IMG/VR virus record: IMGVR_UViG_3300021364_000005
Direction: 5' to 3' (one strand)
DNA from: a virus
Taxonomy: Duplodnaviria > Caudoviricetes
DNA: 64,000 nucleotides
In this document: in pieces, positions 1 to 9,630 of the stretch
Numbering within the stretch: the stretch's first letter is position 1
Layout of the letters: every line of letters begins with the position of its first letter
Program-made: the position numbers and the translations under genes
Notes under the pieces: model-generated
The model's database searches: none
What the model saw: only the letters and a program-made list of their open reading frames with translations
What the model was told of the DNA's origin: nothing

Positions 1-660
1 CCTATATTAGGATATTTTCTATATGTAGGACTTGGAATAAGTGTAACCTTCCATAGGTATTTGACACACAAAGCATATGAAACTTATCCTATTTTAGTTA
101 AAATTGGAACTTTGTTAGGATCACTTAGCAATACTGGTAGTAGTATTGTTTGGGTTGCAATACATATGAATCATCATCGTCATGCTGATACTGAAAAAGA
201 CCCACATAGTCCTAGACACCAAGGACTTAAAACTTTTGCATTAGAATACGATTTAGATACCAGTCGTGTTAGATGGAAAATGAAACATCTGATCGGAGAT
301 CCATTCCATATGTTTTTGCATAAGTACTACTTTGCTGTTATTGCAGCTTGGAGTTTGCTTCTGTTTTTAATTGGTGGATTTTATTTAATGGTATTTTTAC
401 ATTGGTTTCCTATGATCATTAGCGGCGTAATGAGTAATATTGTAAACTATATTGGCCATAAGCCAGACTGGTGGGGCGGTTATAGACGTTATGATACTCG
501 TGACGATAGCATAAACAATTGGTTATGGGCAATACCAAGTTGGGGCGAAACACTACATAATAATCATCATAAACGCCCATACAGTGCTACTCATGGAGAA
601 CGCTGGTGGGAAATTGACATCGGTGGTTATATTGTAAGGATGATTCGTACGGATGTTTAA
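1..660 (+). CDS. Delta-9-type fatty acid desaturase, 5'-truncated by the window edge
   Basis: Frame +1 is open from base 1 (PILGYFLYVGLGISVTFHRYLTH). Three His boxes (HRYLTH, HMNHH, HNNHH), TM segments and the WGE-LHNNHH motif. Confidence 0.9.
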   Translation, partial: PILGYFLYVGLGISVTFHRYLTHKAYETYPILVKIGTLLGSLSNTGSSIVWVAIHMNHHRHADTEKDPHSPRHQGLKTFALEYDLDTSRVRWKMKHLIGDPFHMFLHKYYFAVIAAWSLLLFLIGGFYLMVFLHWFPMIISGVMSNIVNYIGHKPDWWGGYRRYDTRDDSINNWLWAIPSWGETLHNNHHKRPYSATHGERWWEIDIGGYIVRMIRTDV

Positions 661-2227
661 AGGTGTTAATTGTATTCTGTTCACAGGCAGTAGTAGAACA
701 GATCCGTTCCGCACACAAGAAAAACTAGACAGTGCATATGCTCAAGTAATACGTCCTTTGGGTGCGTATCAAATTGCAAATTTACTTAGGCAAGAAGGAT
801 ATACTGTACAAGTTATAGACAGATATCCTTGGATTATTAGGAATTCTGATGATTTGTTTCCTATTCTTGAAAGGTATCTAGGTGAAGATACATTATGGAT
901 AGGGTATAGTAATACCTTTTTTGAGCATAGAATACAACAAAGTAAAATAAAAGATGGTTATCAAAGTCCTGAAGCAGACAGTATTGTTCTTAGCGACAGG
1001 GGAGTTCGCTATCTGAAAAGAAAAGCGTATGAAGCAAATCCTAATATAAAATTTTTAGTAGGCGGAGCAAAGACTTGGAGATGGAGCCAAGGCGACGAAA
1101 GGTTATTTGATTACTATGTTGAAGGCTATGCAGACGAAGCAGTCATACGCTTAACTAATTATTTGGCAGGCAAAGGCGAAAAGCCGCCTATGAAAAAGAA
1201 TGATGATGAACATAGTTATACAATTAACTATGATCAAAAAGGCAGCCTGTTTGATTTCAACAATAGTCATCACCATTGGCACGAAAGTGATCATTTAATG
1301 TGGGGAGAATCTCTTCCTATCGAAATTGCAAGGGGTTGTATTTTTAAATGTGCTTATTGTAGTTTTCCATTAAATGGAAAGAAGAAACTAGACTTTATAC
1401 GTGATCCGCAAAAACTCATAGATGAGCTAACAGAAAATTACGAAAAGTACGGAGTCTATCAATACATTTATAGTGACGATACACACAACGATAGTGTAGA
1501 AAAGTTAGAGTTGTTATATAACAAAGTTTATAGTAAACTACCTTTTAAAATTGAATTTAGCACTTACTTAAGATTAGACCTTTTAGCTGCTCATAGCCAT
1601 ACTATAGAATTACTTCACGCAAGCGGATTGAGAGGAACATTTTTTGGAATTGAAAGTTTCAATCATGAAGCAAATAAAACTGTGGGCAAAGGTGCAAGTG
1701 AACAAAAAATCTGGGATAACTTATACAAATGTAAAGAAGTATGGAAAGATGACGTTGTAATACATAGTGGTTTAATAGTAGGATTGCCAAATGATAGTGC
1801 AAAAACTATTACTGCTTGGCTTGAAAAAGCAGTTGCTCCTGATAGTCCTATAGACTTTAGTATGATAGCAGAATTACAAATATTTCCAAAGTGGGGTAGA
1901 GATAGTCACTGGATGAATAAGATAGAGTTAAATCCGGATTTTTACGGTTATAAATTTGATGATCCTGAAAATGACTGGAATTGGACAAATAATACAGGAC
2001 TTACAAAAATTCAAGCTATGGACATTGCACAGGTTTATAGACAAAAACAACTTCTTAATAAACCTAATATGGGATGGATGACTTATTTACGCTGTGCAAG
2101 TGTAGGGCAAACAGTTGAGCAATATAAAAATACAACAATGAAAGAACACGTAGTTATACGAGATAAAGTTTTTCGTGACTACTGTGACAAACTATTAAAT
2201 GCAGACGTTTCAATTCACAGAAAATAA
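653..2227 (+). CDS. Cobalamin-binding (class B-type) radical SAM enzyme
   Basis: N-terminal B12-domain-like PLGAYQIANLLRQEGYTVQVID; EIARGCIFKCAYCSFP (CxxxCxxC); GIES and IVGLP motifs. Confidence 0.85.
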   Translation: MFKGVNCILFTGSSRTDPFRTQEKLDSAYAQVIRPLGAYQIANLLRQEGYTVQVIDRYPWIIRNSDDLFPILERYLGEDTLWIGYSNTFFEHRIQQSKIKDGYQSPEADSIVLSDRGVRYLKRKAYEANPNIKFLVGGAKTWRWSQGDERLFDYYVEGYADEAVIRLTNYLAGKGEKPPMKKNDDEHSYTINYDQKGSLFDFNNSHHHWHESDHLMWGESLPIEIARGCIFKCAYCSFPLNGKKKLDFIRDPQKLIDELTENYEKYGVYQYIYSDDTHNDSVEKLELLYNKVYSKLPFKIEFSTYLRLDLLAAHSHTIELLHASGLRGTFFGIESFNHEANKTVGKGASEQKIWDNLYKCKEVWKDDVVIHSGLIVGLPNDSAKTITAWLEKAVAPDSPIDFSMIAELQIFPKWGRDSHWMNKIELNPDFYGYKFDDPENDWNWTNNTGLTKIQAMDIAQVYRQKQLLNKPNMGWMTYLRCASVGQTVEQYKNTTMKEHVVIRDKVFRDYCDKLLNADVSIHRK

Positions 2228-3152
2228 TTGGTCAAGTTGGCGATACAACGAAGGAGATCTGCATAGTAGAAGTCCTAGTGACGATGCAGTCTTTGAAGTT
2301 GTATACAAGCAACAGCAAGTTAAAATAGGTACACTATGGCAAGAAGCAGTAAAAGGTGCTAAAAGCACTATTGATGCTCATCCTGGAAAAAAGCCTAGTT
2401 TATTTTTTAGTGGGGGTGTTGATAGTGAAGTTATGCTTAGAGCATTTATTCATATAGGTTCTAATCCCGATGTATATATTGTTAGATATAATAATGATAT
2501 AAATTTGTACGATGTAAGTTATGCTGTGTCAATTTGTAATTCTCTTGGTGTTGACTTTAAAATTATTGATATTAATTTGTTTAAGTTTTTTGAAAATGAT
2601 GCAGAACAAATAAGCGAACTTGCACAATGTGATAGACCAAGAATGCTTCCACAGTTATCCTTTGCAGATTATGTAGATGGCCTTCCAATCTTATGTATGG
2701 CAGATATTACATGGCAGCGCAGCGATTCTGATTATACCAAAAAAGGCATTTGGAAAGCATGGGAAATAGAAAGCGACTGTGCGTGTGATAGGTATAATAT
2801 TGCTGTTGGCAGGGAAGCAATTTATCAATGGGGCAGATGGTCACCTGGTATATTACTAGCGCACACAAGATGGGAATGGTTTCATAAACTTATAAATGAC
2901 AAGTATTACGGAAAGTTAGGAAATAGCAGCACTAAGTTTGAAGGATTTAGCAGTGAATTTCCTGATATGATTCCTAGAAAGAAAAAAGTTGGCTTCGAAA
3001 AATGCGAAGATGTTATAAGTGAATTTGAAAGTTTTCTAAAAAAGAAATATAATGGATTACCATTTCGTAGGCAAAGTGAATACACATTAGACGAAATGTG
3101 GTTTAAAATTACTGGTAAGAACTACGCTGCCAATAACGTTTTGGCTCTGTAG
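2199..3152 (+). CDS. PP-loop (adenine nucleotide alpha-hydrolase) family protein, paralog 1
   Basis: LFFSGGVDSE PP-loop after a beta strand; remainder unassigned. Confidence 0.65.
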   Translation: MQTFQFTENNWSSWRYNEGDLHSRSPSDDAVFEVVYKQQQVKIGTLWQEAVKGAKSTIDAHPGKKPSLFFSGGVDSEVMLRAFIHIGSNPDVYIVRYNNDINLYDVSYAVSICNSLGVDFKIIDINLFKFFENDAEQISELAQCDRPRMLPQLSFADYVDGLPILCMADITWQRSDSDYTKKGIWKAWEIESDCACDRYNIAVGREAIYQWGRWSPGILLAHTRWEWFHKLINDKYYGKLGNSSTKFEGFSSEFPDMIPRKKKVGFEKCEDVISEFESFLKKKYNGLPFRRQSEYTLDEMWFKITGKNYAANNVLAL

Positions 3153-4011
3153 AGTTTGTTAAGAAATTTATTGTTTCTTCAATGTTTAAGAATACTTGAT
3201 TCTCTCTGTACCTGTGTTCCATACCATTAATGATATAATCTATTTTCTCACAACCTTGATATTTTGGTACATATATTAATTCATCTTTCCAATTCTTTCC
3301 GTAAAAGATTGGTTTGATAAACAAGTCCCAATAGTTAATAACACTAATAGGTTCTTCTTCTAAGTAAGACAGCCCTTTCATTTGGTAATAGTCCCATGCA
3401 TTACAAAATGCTGTTACTGTGCCGTCTTGTAAAACACTAAGCAATATATGCTCGTCTTTTTCGAAACCCACTGCTGTACGGTCGTTACACAGCGTCTTGT
3501 GTGCCCTTAAACGTGCATACTCTACACTGTTTGCTGTTTCTAGCAGGTAGTGTTTTCCATTATGTACATAAGGATCTGGACCATTAAATCCTTCTACTAG
3601 TGTTGTATTTTTTGGAAGTTTATTTAAGAAAAATGCGTGTAGTATTTGATTAGGTGGGATTTGCAGATCTTCTGATGTAGCAATTATATCATCCTTCACT
3701 TCGTATGGATCTATCTTAATTATTGTTACATCTATATTAAACTTATCTACACAAGCCTTTACGTTTTCTAGTTCATTGTCATTGTAATTAGGAAGATGTA
3801 AAAACGCACAATCTATTTGAATGCCTGCATCTTGAAAAGCTAAAAGGGTTGCTTGACTATCCAACCCTCCGCTAAAACTTAAAATTAAATTATTGTAATT
3901 ATTTTTTATAAAGTTAGCCCGCTCAGTAAACTCCTGTCTAACAGAACCTACTGGGCGGGTAACTGGGTGCAAATCTATATAGAATTTGCCATCTTCAAAA
4001 CCGTATGACAT
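3109..4011 (-). CDS. PP-loop family protein, paralog 2
   Basis: LSFSGGLDSQ PP-loop; no QueC-type C-terminal Cys cluster. Confidence 0.65.
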   Translation of the reverse strand: MSYGFEDGKFYIDLHPVTRPVGSVRQEFTERANFIKNNYNNLILSFSGGLDSQATLLAFQDAGIQIDCAFLHLPNYNDNELENVKACVDKFNIDVTIIKIDPYEVKDDIIATSEDLQIPPNQILHAFFLNKLPKNTTLVEGFNGPDPYVHNGKHYLLETANSVEYARLRAHKTLCNDRTAVGFEKDEHILLSVLQDGTVTAFCNAWDYYQMKGLSYLEEEPISVINYWDLFIKPIFYGKNWKDELIYVPKYQGCEKIDYIINGMEHRYRENQVFLNIEETINFLTNSTEPKRYWQRSSYQ

Positions 4012-4526
4012 TATGCAGTTTTGGGTTTTCTACCACGTTTCTTAGGTGCTTCCTTCTTAGGTGCTTCCTCGGCTAAGCTAGGATCCATTAGCTCTGTAAC
4101 GGTTCTCATCCAAGGGAAGATATTCCATACACGTTCGTGTGCATAATACAAGAACATATTAATAGCTGTTGAAAGTCCAGCAAAGATTGTTGCTGATCCC
4201 CAGCTTCCTGTTACTAAGAAAGGAATAATAAAATTATTAGATGTAATGACTGCACGCCATGTAATCATTTTTAAAACTGCACGAAATTCTCTTTCGTCAA
4301 ATGTCTCGTCTTTTTGCTTTCTAAGCAGCGAGAAAAAATTCCAAATTCTTTCATGTAACCAGTACAAGAAACTATTAATAATAGTAGCAATACCAGCAAT
4401 CTTAAGCCCAACTAGTAAACTACCAGTTGCTAAGAAGCCATTTACTACATGAGAGATTGTAAGTAATACTCTCCATGAAACCATCTTAGAGATAGTTCTG
4501 TATTGTCTTTCATTGAACTTTACCAT
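4011..4526 (-). CDS. Tandem DUF2061-like membrane protein
   Basis: Two copies of R(T/A)xxKxx(S/T)WR...Y(W/Y)xHERxWN; AGGAG SD upstream. Confidence 0.7.
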   Translation of the reverse strand: MVKFNERQYRTISKMVSWRVLLTISHVVNGFLATGSLLVGLKIAGIATIINSFLYWLHERIWNFFSLLRKQKDETFDEREFRAVLKMITWRAVITSNNFIIPFLVTGSWGSATIFAGLSTAINMFLYYAHERVWNIFPWMRTVTELMDPSLAEEAPKKEAPKKRGRKPKTA

Positions 4527-4554
4527 GAGATCTCCTTTTGTATAAAGTACGTAG

Positions 4555-5739
4555 TTATTTATTGATGATTAATTTTTCAGGGATTATTTCTGAATTCATA
4601 CGACCTACTTCAAATTGCTTTCCATGTATTTGTAATCCGTCTGCAAATCCGTGTTCGTAGGCTATAAAATTGCTTGCATTTTTCTTTACATAATCTAAAC
4701 CTTCTAACCATATAGCGTGTTCTTTAGTTCCTTGATAGCCATTTATCCACCAATGATCAAATTCAGAATACCAGTCTAAAGTTGCTTTATCTGCTTGCCA
4801 CCAATTGTCATTCCACGTAGAATATATTAGTGGACGTAATTCTCTTTCGTGTATATGTCTATACACGTCAGCAGTCATATTTTTATGAAACCACCATTTT
4901 TGTTTGTTTGGATTAGCCTCTAACCATCGTTTAATTACGAATGCTTGTTTTGCTACAATTGGTAATCCTTCAGGACACCAATAAAAATACTCAACTACAC
5001 TGTTGTCATACTCTTTAATATGATTAGCAACGGTAATTATGTTAGTAGCTCTGTCAGCAAATCTTACGTAAAATTTACCATTTGAATGTATAAAACATCT
5101 AGGCTTTTCAATACCTAAAACAAGTGCAATTTTTTTCTCTTTATCAAAGCGTTTTCTAACTTCATTGAAATGCAAATAATTAAAACGTGTAACATTTAAA
5201 GGGTTAAGCCCTTCTTTTTTACCTTGTATCCAACTAGCATCTTTAGCAGTTAGCCAATGTTCAAACAGGTATTCTGTCATATCAGTAACTGTAATTTTTA
5301 TTTTAGGATATTTTTTATTGATTTCTTTTAATCTTGGTATAGTTTGTAAATCGTGTTCAGCTGCCGCATTCCTTGGATCTTTATTACTAGGATCTATTAC
5401 AGTGTATTTTCTACTAGCAGATTCCATCGTATTACAAATTAATTCGTCAACGTGTAGTCCTTGACGTAAAAAGCTCATCAAAACATTATGGCTGTCAGCA
5501 CCTCCGCTGTAACTTATCATTATATAATCGTATTCTTCTCTGAGTTGTTTTGCACGTTTATCATACAGTTGATCTAACGTCTCTTTTGGTTCTATATTCC
5601 AAGGAAACATATCCATAGCCAAATTATTAAAATGCCATTTGACTTCTGCATTTTGTGTTTGTGCATAAAAACAAGCATCTAGTTTGCTTTCAAACTCAAT
5701 GCTATTAACAGAGTAATACCCTAGTTTTTTATTCATCAC
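4555..5739 (-). CDS. PP-loop family protein, paralog 3
   Basis: ISYSGGADSHN; co-linear with 8428..9630 (GYY, WHFNN, PW-IEP, GIEKPR, EYFYW, WYSE-D). Confidence 0.7.
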   Translation of the reverse strand: MMNKKLGYYSVNSIEFESKLDACFYAQTQNAEVKWHFNNLAMDMFPWNIEPKETLDQLYDKRAKQLREEYDYIMISYSGGADSHNVLMSFLRQGLHVDELICNTMESASRKYTVIDPSNKDPRNAAAEHDLQTIPRLKEINKKYPKIKITVTDMTEYLFEHWLTAKDASWIQGKKEGLNPLNVTRFNYLHFNEVRKRFDKEKKIALVLGIEKPRCFIHSNGKFYVRFADRATNIITVANHIKEYDNSVVEYFYWCPEGLPIVAKQAFVIKRWLEANPNKQKWWFHKNMTADVYRHIHERELRPLIYSTWNDNWWQADKATLDWYSEFDHWWINGYQGTKEHAIWLEGLDYVKKNASNFIAYEHGFADGLQIHGKQFEVGRMNSEIIPEKLIINK

Positions 5740-5743
5740 AAGT

Positions 5744-5749
5744 TATTTA
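5744..5749 (-). promoter_or_regulatory. T4-late-like TAAATA box, divergent from 5769-5774
   Basis: TAAATA 4 nt before the GTG of 4555..5739; no SD. Confidence 0.55.
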
Positions 5750-5768
5750 CTCAAATAAAACACGTAGA

Positions 5769-5774
5769 TAAATA
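5769..5774 (+). promoter_or_regulatory. T4-late-like TAAATA box
   Basis: ATAAATA-aaactg-ATG(5781); no SD. Confidence 0.55.
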
Positions 5775-5780
5775 AAACTG

Positions 5781-6725
5781 ATGAGTAAAGTTTTTCCTTC
5801 AAAATATCCTATACTTGCTGCACCTATGAATCAAGTATCAGAGGTTAATTTAGCTGTTGCGTGTTATAACAGCGGAATTTTTCCTAGTATAAGCACATTA
5901 TGTTTTGTAAATAATAGACAGATAGATTGGGAAGAATTAACTAGGCAACTTAATTTATACAAAAGTCAAACACAAAGTAACAATTTATTGCTAAGTGTTC
6001 CTGACAAATTATTTTTCAGCGATACATTTCAGTGTTTAAAAGATCAAAAATTATTTTCTCATTTAGAGATTATTTGCACAGATCTAAGACTTAATGATAA
6101 CATAACACTTAGTCAACATGATATTAACAATTTTAATAATTTAAACAATAAATTTCAATCTTGGAAAAATAACGGCTATAAGTTTATCTATAAAAGTTTG
6201 GCTAGATTTGTAATTTATGATATCTATAAAAATTACAAAAATGATTTATTTGATGCATTTGTTATTAAAGGTCCTGATGCAGCAGGAATGGTTATAGATA
6301 GGAAGAACGGTAATAACTTACTACAGGACTGTAATGAAGTTATTGAAAAATGTTCTGATATAAAACTTATTGCATCGGGAGGTATAGGCTCAAAAAAAGA
6401 TATAGATGATCTTTTACATATAGGAGTTGATAGTGTATCTTTAGGAACTATTTTTGCATCTAGTAAGGAAAGTATATTGTCTGAAACAACAAAAACAAAA
6501 ATGGTTAAGGCTGGCGCAAATAGTTTGAATAGATTTGCAAACTCCAATCAAAATGCATTACAGTTTAGTGTTGTCAACAATGACGACTTTAATCATACTA
6601 ATAGTTTAAAACAAGGAATATCTACTGGCAATCAAGGACATATTTTTGCAGGAAAGGGTATACAACACATAACGCAGATTCAATCTGTTAATAACATCGT
6701 TAAGGATTTAGTAAATGAAACGTAA
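5781..6725 (+). CDS. Nitronate monooxygenase/FabK-like FMN TIM-barrel oxidoreductase (divergent)
   Basis: YPILAAPMN start; ASGGIG and VSLGTIFASSKES motifs of the NMO family. Confidence 0.7.
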   Translation: MSKVFPSKYPILAAPMNQVSEVNLAVACYNSGIFPSISTLCFVNNRQIDWEELTRQLNLYKSQTQSNNLLLSVPDKLFFSDTFQCLKDQKLFSHLEIICTDLRLNDNITLSQHDINNFNNLNNKFQSWKNNGYKFIYKSLARFVIYDIYKNYKNDLFDAFVIKGPDAAGMVIDRKNGNNLLQDCNEVIEKCSDIKLIASGGIGSKKDIDDLLHIGVDSVSLGTIFASSKESILSETTKTKMVKAGANSLNRFANSNQNALQFSVVNNDDFNHTNSLKQGISTGNQGHIFAGKGIQHITQIQSVNNIVKDLVNET

Positions 6726-8085
6726 TTTTAGTTTAGATACCTTCTGTCCAGAAGTATATAGTCAAATAGAGATAGATGCAGAAGGTGACTACAAAATATG
6801 TTGCCTAGCAAATTTTGATAAAGACTTTGGTATGTGTTTAGATGAAAATGGAGAAGTAATGAATGTTGCTACCCATTCTATTGAAGAAGCTATCAACAGT
6901 GAAACGCATAAGCAGCATAGATTACAACTAGCAAAAAATGAAAGACCGTTGAGGTGCAGAAGCTGCTATGATAGCGAGGATGCAACAAAAGGGTTGGCAG
7001 AATGGGGTAAAAGTGCTAAGAGGGGTAGAAGTAAGCGTCAACGTGTATTATGGCAAACTGGTGCAAGTATACCTGAATATGTAAAGTTTGAACAAGCTGA
7101 ACAAATGACAAATGCTGACGGAAGCACTTCTGCTAAAGTTGTTAATTTAGATCTACGTTTTGGTAATCTTTGTAACCAAAAATGTATCATGTGTAGTCCC
7201 CAGCACAGTAATTTATGGTACGATGATTGGGTTACGCTAGGCTATGGTGATCCTTTATATAATAGAGATAAAGGTATCTATAAAAAAGGCGATGCAAAAA
7301 CATTTAAATTTTACAAAGATGAACACGGAAAAACAAAAATGACAGGCACTGAGCGTTGGTGGGAAACTGATACTTGGTGGGAATCATTTGATAAGATTGC
7401 TCCCGACCTGCGATACATTTATTTTACTGGAGGCGAACCTTTGGTTGTTCCTGCGATGCAAGAATGCTTAGATAGATTAATAAATGCGGGATATGCTGAA
7501 AACATACAGTTAAGATATGATACTAATTTAAGTGTAATAAACAAAAAAGTTATAGATAAATGGAAGCATTTTAAAAAAGTTTGGTTGTGTGTTAGCATAG
7601 ATGATACTGAAGAAAGATACAACCTTATAAGATTTCCTGGTAATTACGATAGAATAAAGGCAAATACTTTACAGTTAAAAGAAGCAGGAATACCTATTCA
7701 TTACATAAGCACTTGTGTAGGTATTGCAAGTCCGTATAGTGTTATACGTATTAGTCAACTTGCAAAAGAACTAGAAGTAGATACATATTTTAGATTTCTA
7801 GAAGGTCCTAACTGGTTAGATATTAGGAATTATCCTGCTAGTGCAAAACAAGAAATAATAGAAAATTTACAAAAGCATAGCGGCGATCCACTTTATGACA
7901 AGTGGGCAAAAGGTGAAATAAAACTTTTACAAAAGTATATGGATCATAGTGAAGAAAAGTACCTAAAAGAATTCATTAGAGTAATGGATATACTCGATGA
8001 GAATCGGGGAACTAATTGGAGGTCTGTGTTAACAGATGTAGTAGATTTGTTTAAAAATCATTGTCCTCATATATACAAAGATTAA
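6715..8085 (+). CDS. Radical SAM enzyme with N-terminal twitch/SPASM-like Cys domain
   Basis: DLRFGNLCNQKCIMCSP (CxxxCxxC); FTGGEP; SID; N-terminal CP...KICC...CRSC. Confidence 0.85.
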   Translation: MKRNFSLDTFCPEVYSQIEIDAEGDYKICCLANFDKDFGMCLDENGEVMNVATHSIEEAINSETHKQHRLQLAKNERPLRCRSCYDSEDATKGLAEWGKSAKRGRSKRQRVLWQTGASIPEYVKFEQAEQMTNADGSTSAKVVNLDLRFGNLCNQKCIMCSPQHSNLWYDDWVTLGYGDPLYNRDKGIYKKGDAKTFKFYKDEHGKTKMTGTERWWETDTWWESFDKIAPDLRYIYFTGGEPLVVPAMQECLDRLINAGYAENIQLRYDTNLSVINKKVIDKWKHFKKVWLCVSIDDTEERYNLIRFPGNYDRIKANTLQLKEAGIPIHYISTCVGIASPYSVIRISQLAKELEVDTYFRFLEGPNWLDIRNYPASAKQEIIENLQKHSGDPLYDKWAKGEIKLLQKYMDHSEEKYLKEFIRVMDILDENRGTNWRSVLTDVVDLFKNHCPHIYKD

Positions 8086-8390
8086 AGATTTTCTTCCATA
8101 GTCCTTGAAATACAAACAATTTCACAAGCTGTGTTGTATTCTAATTCTCTAGCCTGTTCGGCCATCCATTCTGCATCATTTGTTACATCATTCAAGTCTA
8201 CACTATCAACCCATTCGCTCACATATTGTATAACTAATTTAGAGTCATCTAAAAAAGATGCTTCTCTAAACTTAGTGCATAGTCCTGTGTCAATAGCAAT
8301 TTCTTGAATGTGATCTAAAAAAGACTGTTGTGGTGCATAAAATTCTACCTCTGTGTGAGGACGAATAAACTGTCTTGTAAATCTTTTCAT
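8082..8390 (-). CDS. Small hypothetical protein (about 102 aa)
   Basis: ATG at 8390 with GGAGA SD is preferred over the TTG at 8417. Confidence 0.6.
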   Translation of the reverse strand: MKRFTRQFIRPHTEVEFYAPQQSFLDHIQEIAIDTGLCTKFREASFLDDSKLVIQYVSEWVDSVDLNDVTNDAEWMAEQARELEYNTACEIVCISRTMEENL

Positions 8391-8417
8391 TTTTAATCTA
8401 TCTCCGTTTTGTTCCAA

Positions 8418-8423
8418 TAAATA
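8418..8423 (+). promoter_or_regulatory. T4-late-like TAAATA box
   Basis: ATAAATA-ctat-ATG(8428); no SD. Confidence 0.6.
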
Positions 8424-8427
8424 CTAT

Positions 8428-9630
8428 ATGTTAAAACACAAAGCACTTGGTTACTATGTTGTTAATGGCAAAACTTTTTCTAGTAAGATTGCTGCTTGTA
8501 TTTATGCAACGCAAAATCATGCAAGTATAAGATGGCATTTTAACAATGAAATATTTGATTATTATCCCTGGCACATAGAACCTGAAGAAAGTTTAGATGA
8601 ACTTTATTATCGTAGAGCTAGGCAACTGCGTGAGCAGTACGATTATATCTGTTTAGCATTTAGCGGAGGTGGTGATAGTAACAACATACTAGAAGCATTT
8701 TTGCGTCAAGGATTATTCATTGATGAAGTTGTAACAAACATCATGGATGATAAAAATAAACTTACTACCAATAATAGTTTACAGATTAGTAATTGGAACG
8801 AAGGTGCTGAGTATAAACTCCAAACTGTAGATAGACTTAAAGAACTACAAAGTCGATCTCCTAATACTAAAATAAGTGTTATTGATCTAAGTAAAGGATT
8901 GTTTGAAATATTTAATTCCTACGGAGATGCAGGTTGGATAGAAAAAACTAGAGAACGAATGAACCCTAGCGGATTTATGCGTCATAATTTTTTACACATG
9001 AAAGAAATACGTAAAAGATTTGATAAAGATAAAAAGATTTGTATGTTATTAGGAATCGAAAAACCTCGCACTTTTGTAAAAGATGGTATGTTTAAAATGG
9101 CTTTTAGCGATAAGGCTGTTAATATAGCTACAGTATCAGAGTTTATTGAAGACTACGACAATACAGAAGTAGAATATTTTTATTGGCATCCTGATGCTGC
9201 TGCAATAATTGCCAAGCAATGTCATGTTATAAAGCGTTGGTTAGAATTCAATCCTAGATTTTTAAAGTATTGGTTGCCTAAAGACACAGGCGAAATATGG
9301 AGTAACCATAGGAAGTATCACGAAAGGATACTTAGACCTTTGATATATAATTCAACATGGCATGAAACTTATTGGCAGGCAAATAAAAGTACTAAAGATT
9401 GGTATTCTGAAATTGACGACTGGTTTTGGAAGCAACACAGCGGAACAAAGGAACACGCTATATGGAGAGCCGGTTTAGATTATGTCAAAGAAAATGCAAA
9501 AGATTGGATGATGCCTGGTGACACCGAAGGTTTAAAAGGATTTTTGCATAGTTATGATATTGGAAAACTAAAAACTATTAATGCAGGTCAACCCACACAC
9601 CGTTCGCATATGCTTGGACTTTATTCGTAG
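8428..9630 (+). CDS. PP-loop family protein, paralog 4
   Basis: LAFSGGGDSNN; clear paralog of 4555..5739. Confidence 0.7.
   Translation: MLKHKALGYYVVNGKTFSSKIAACIYATQNHASIRWHFNNEIFDYYPWHIEPEESLDELYYRRARQLREQYDYICLAFSGGGDSNNILEAFLRQGLFIDEVVTNIMDDKNKLTTNNSLQISNWNEGAEYKLQTVDRLKELQSRSPNTKISVIDLSKGLFEIFNSYGDAGWIEKTRERMNPSGFMRHNFLHMKEIRKRFDKDKKICMLLGIEKPRTFVKDGMFKMAFSDKAVNIATVSEFIEDYDNTEVEYFYWHPDAAAIIAKQCHVIKRWLEFNPRFLKYWLPKDTGEIWSNHRKYHERILRPLIYNSTWHETYWQANKSTKDWYSEIDDWFWKQHSGTKEHAIWRAGLDYVKENAKDWMMPGDTEGLKGFLHSYDIGKLKTINAGQPTHRSHMLGLYS

Noticed and set aside
2199-9630. Calling any of the SGGxDS proteins QueC
   Set aside because: They share only the PP-loop. None has the QueC C-terminal Cys cluster for Zn, and they lie 10 kb or more from the que genes.
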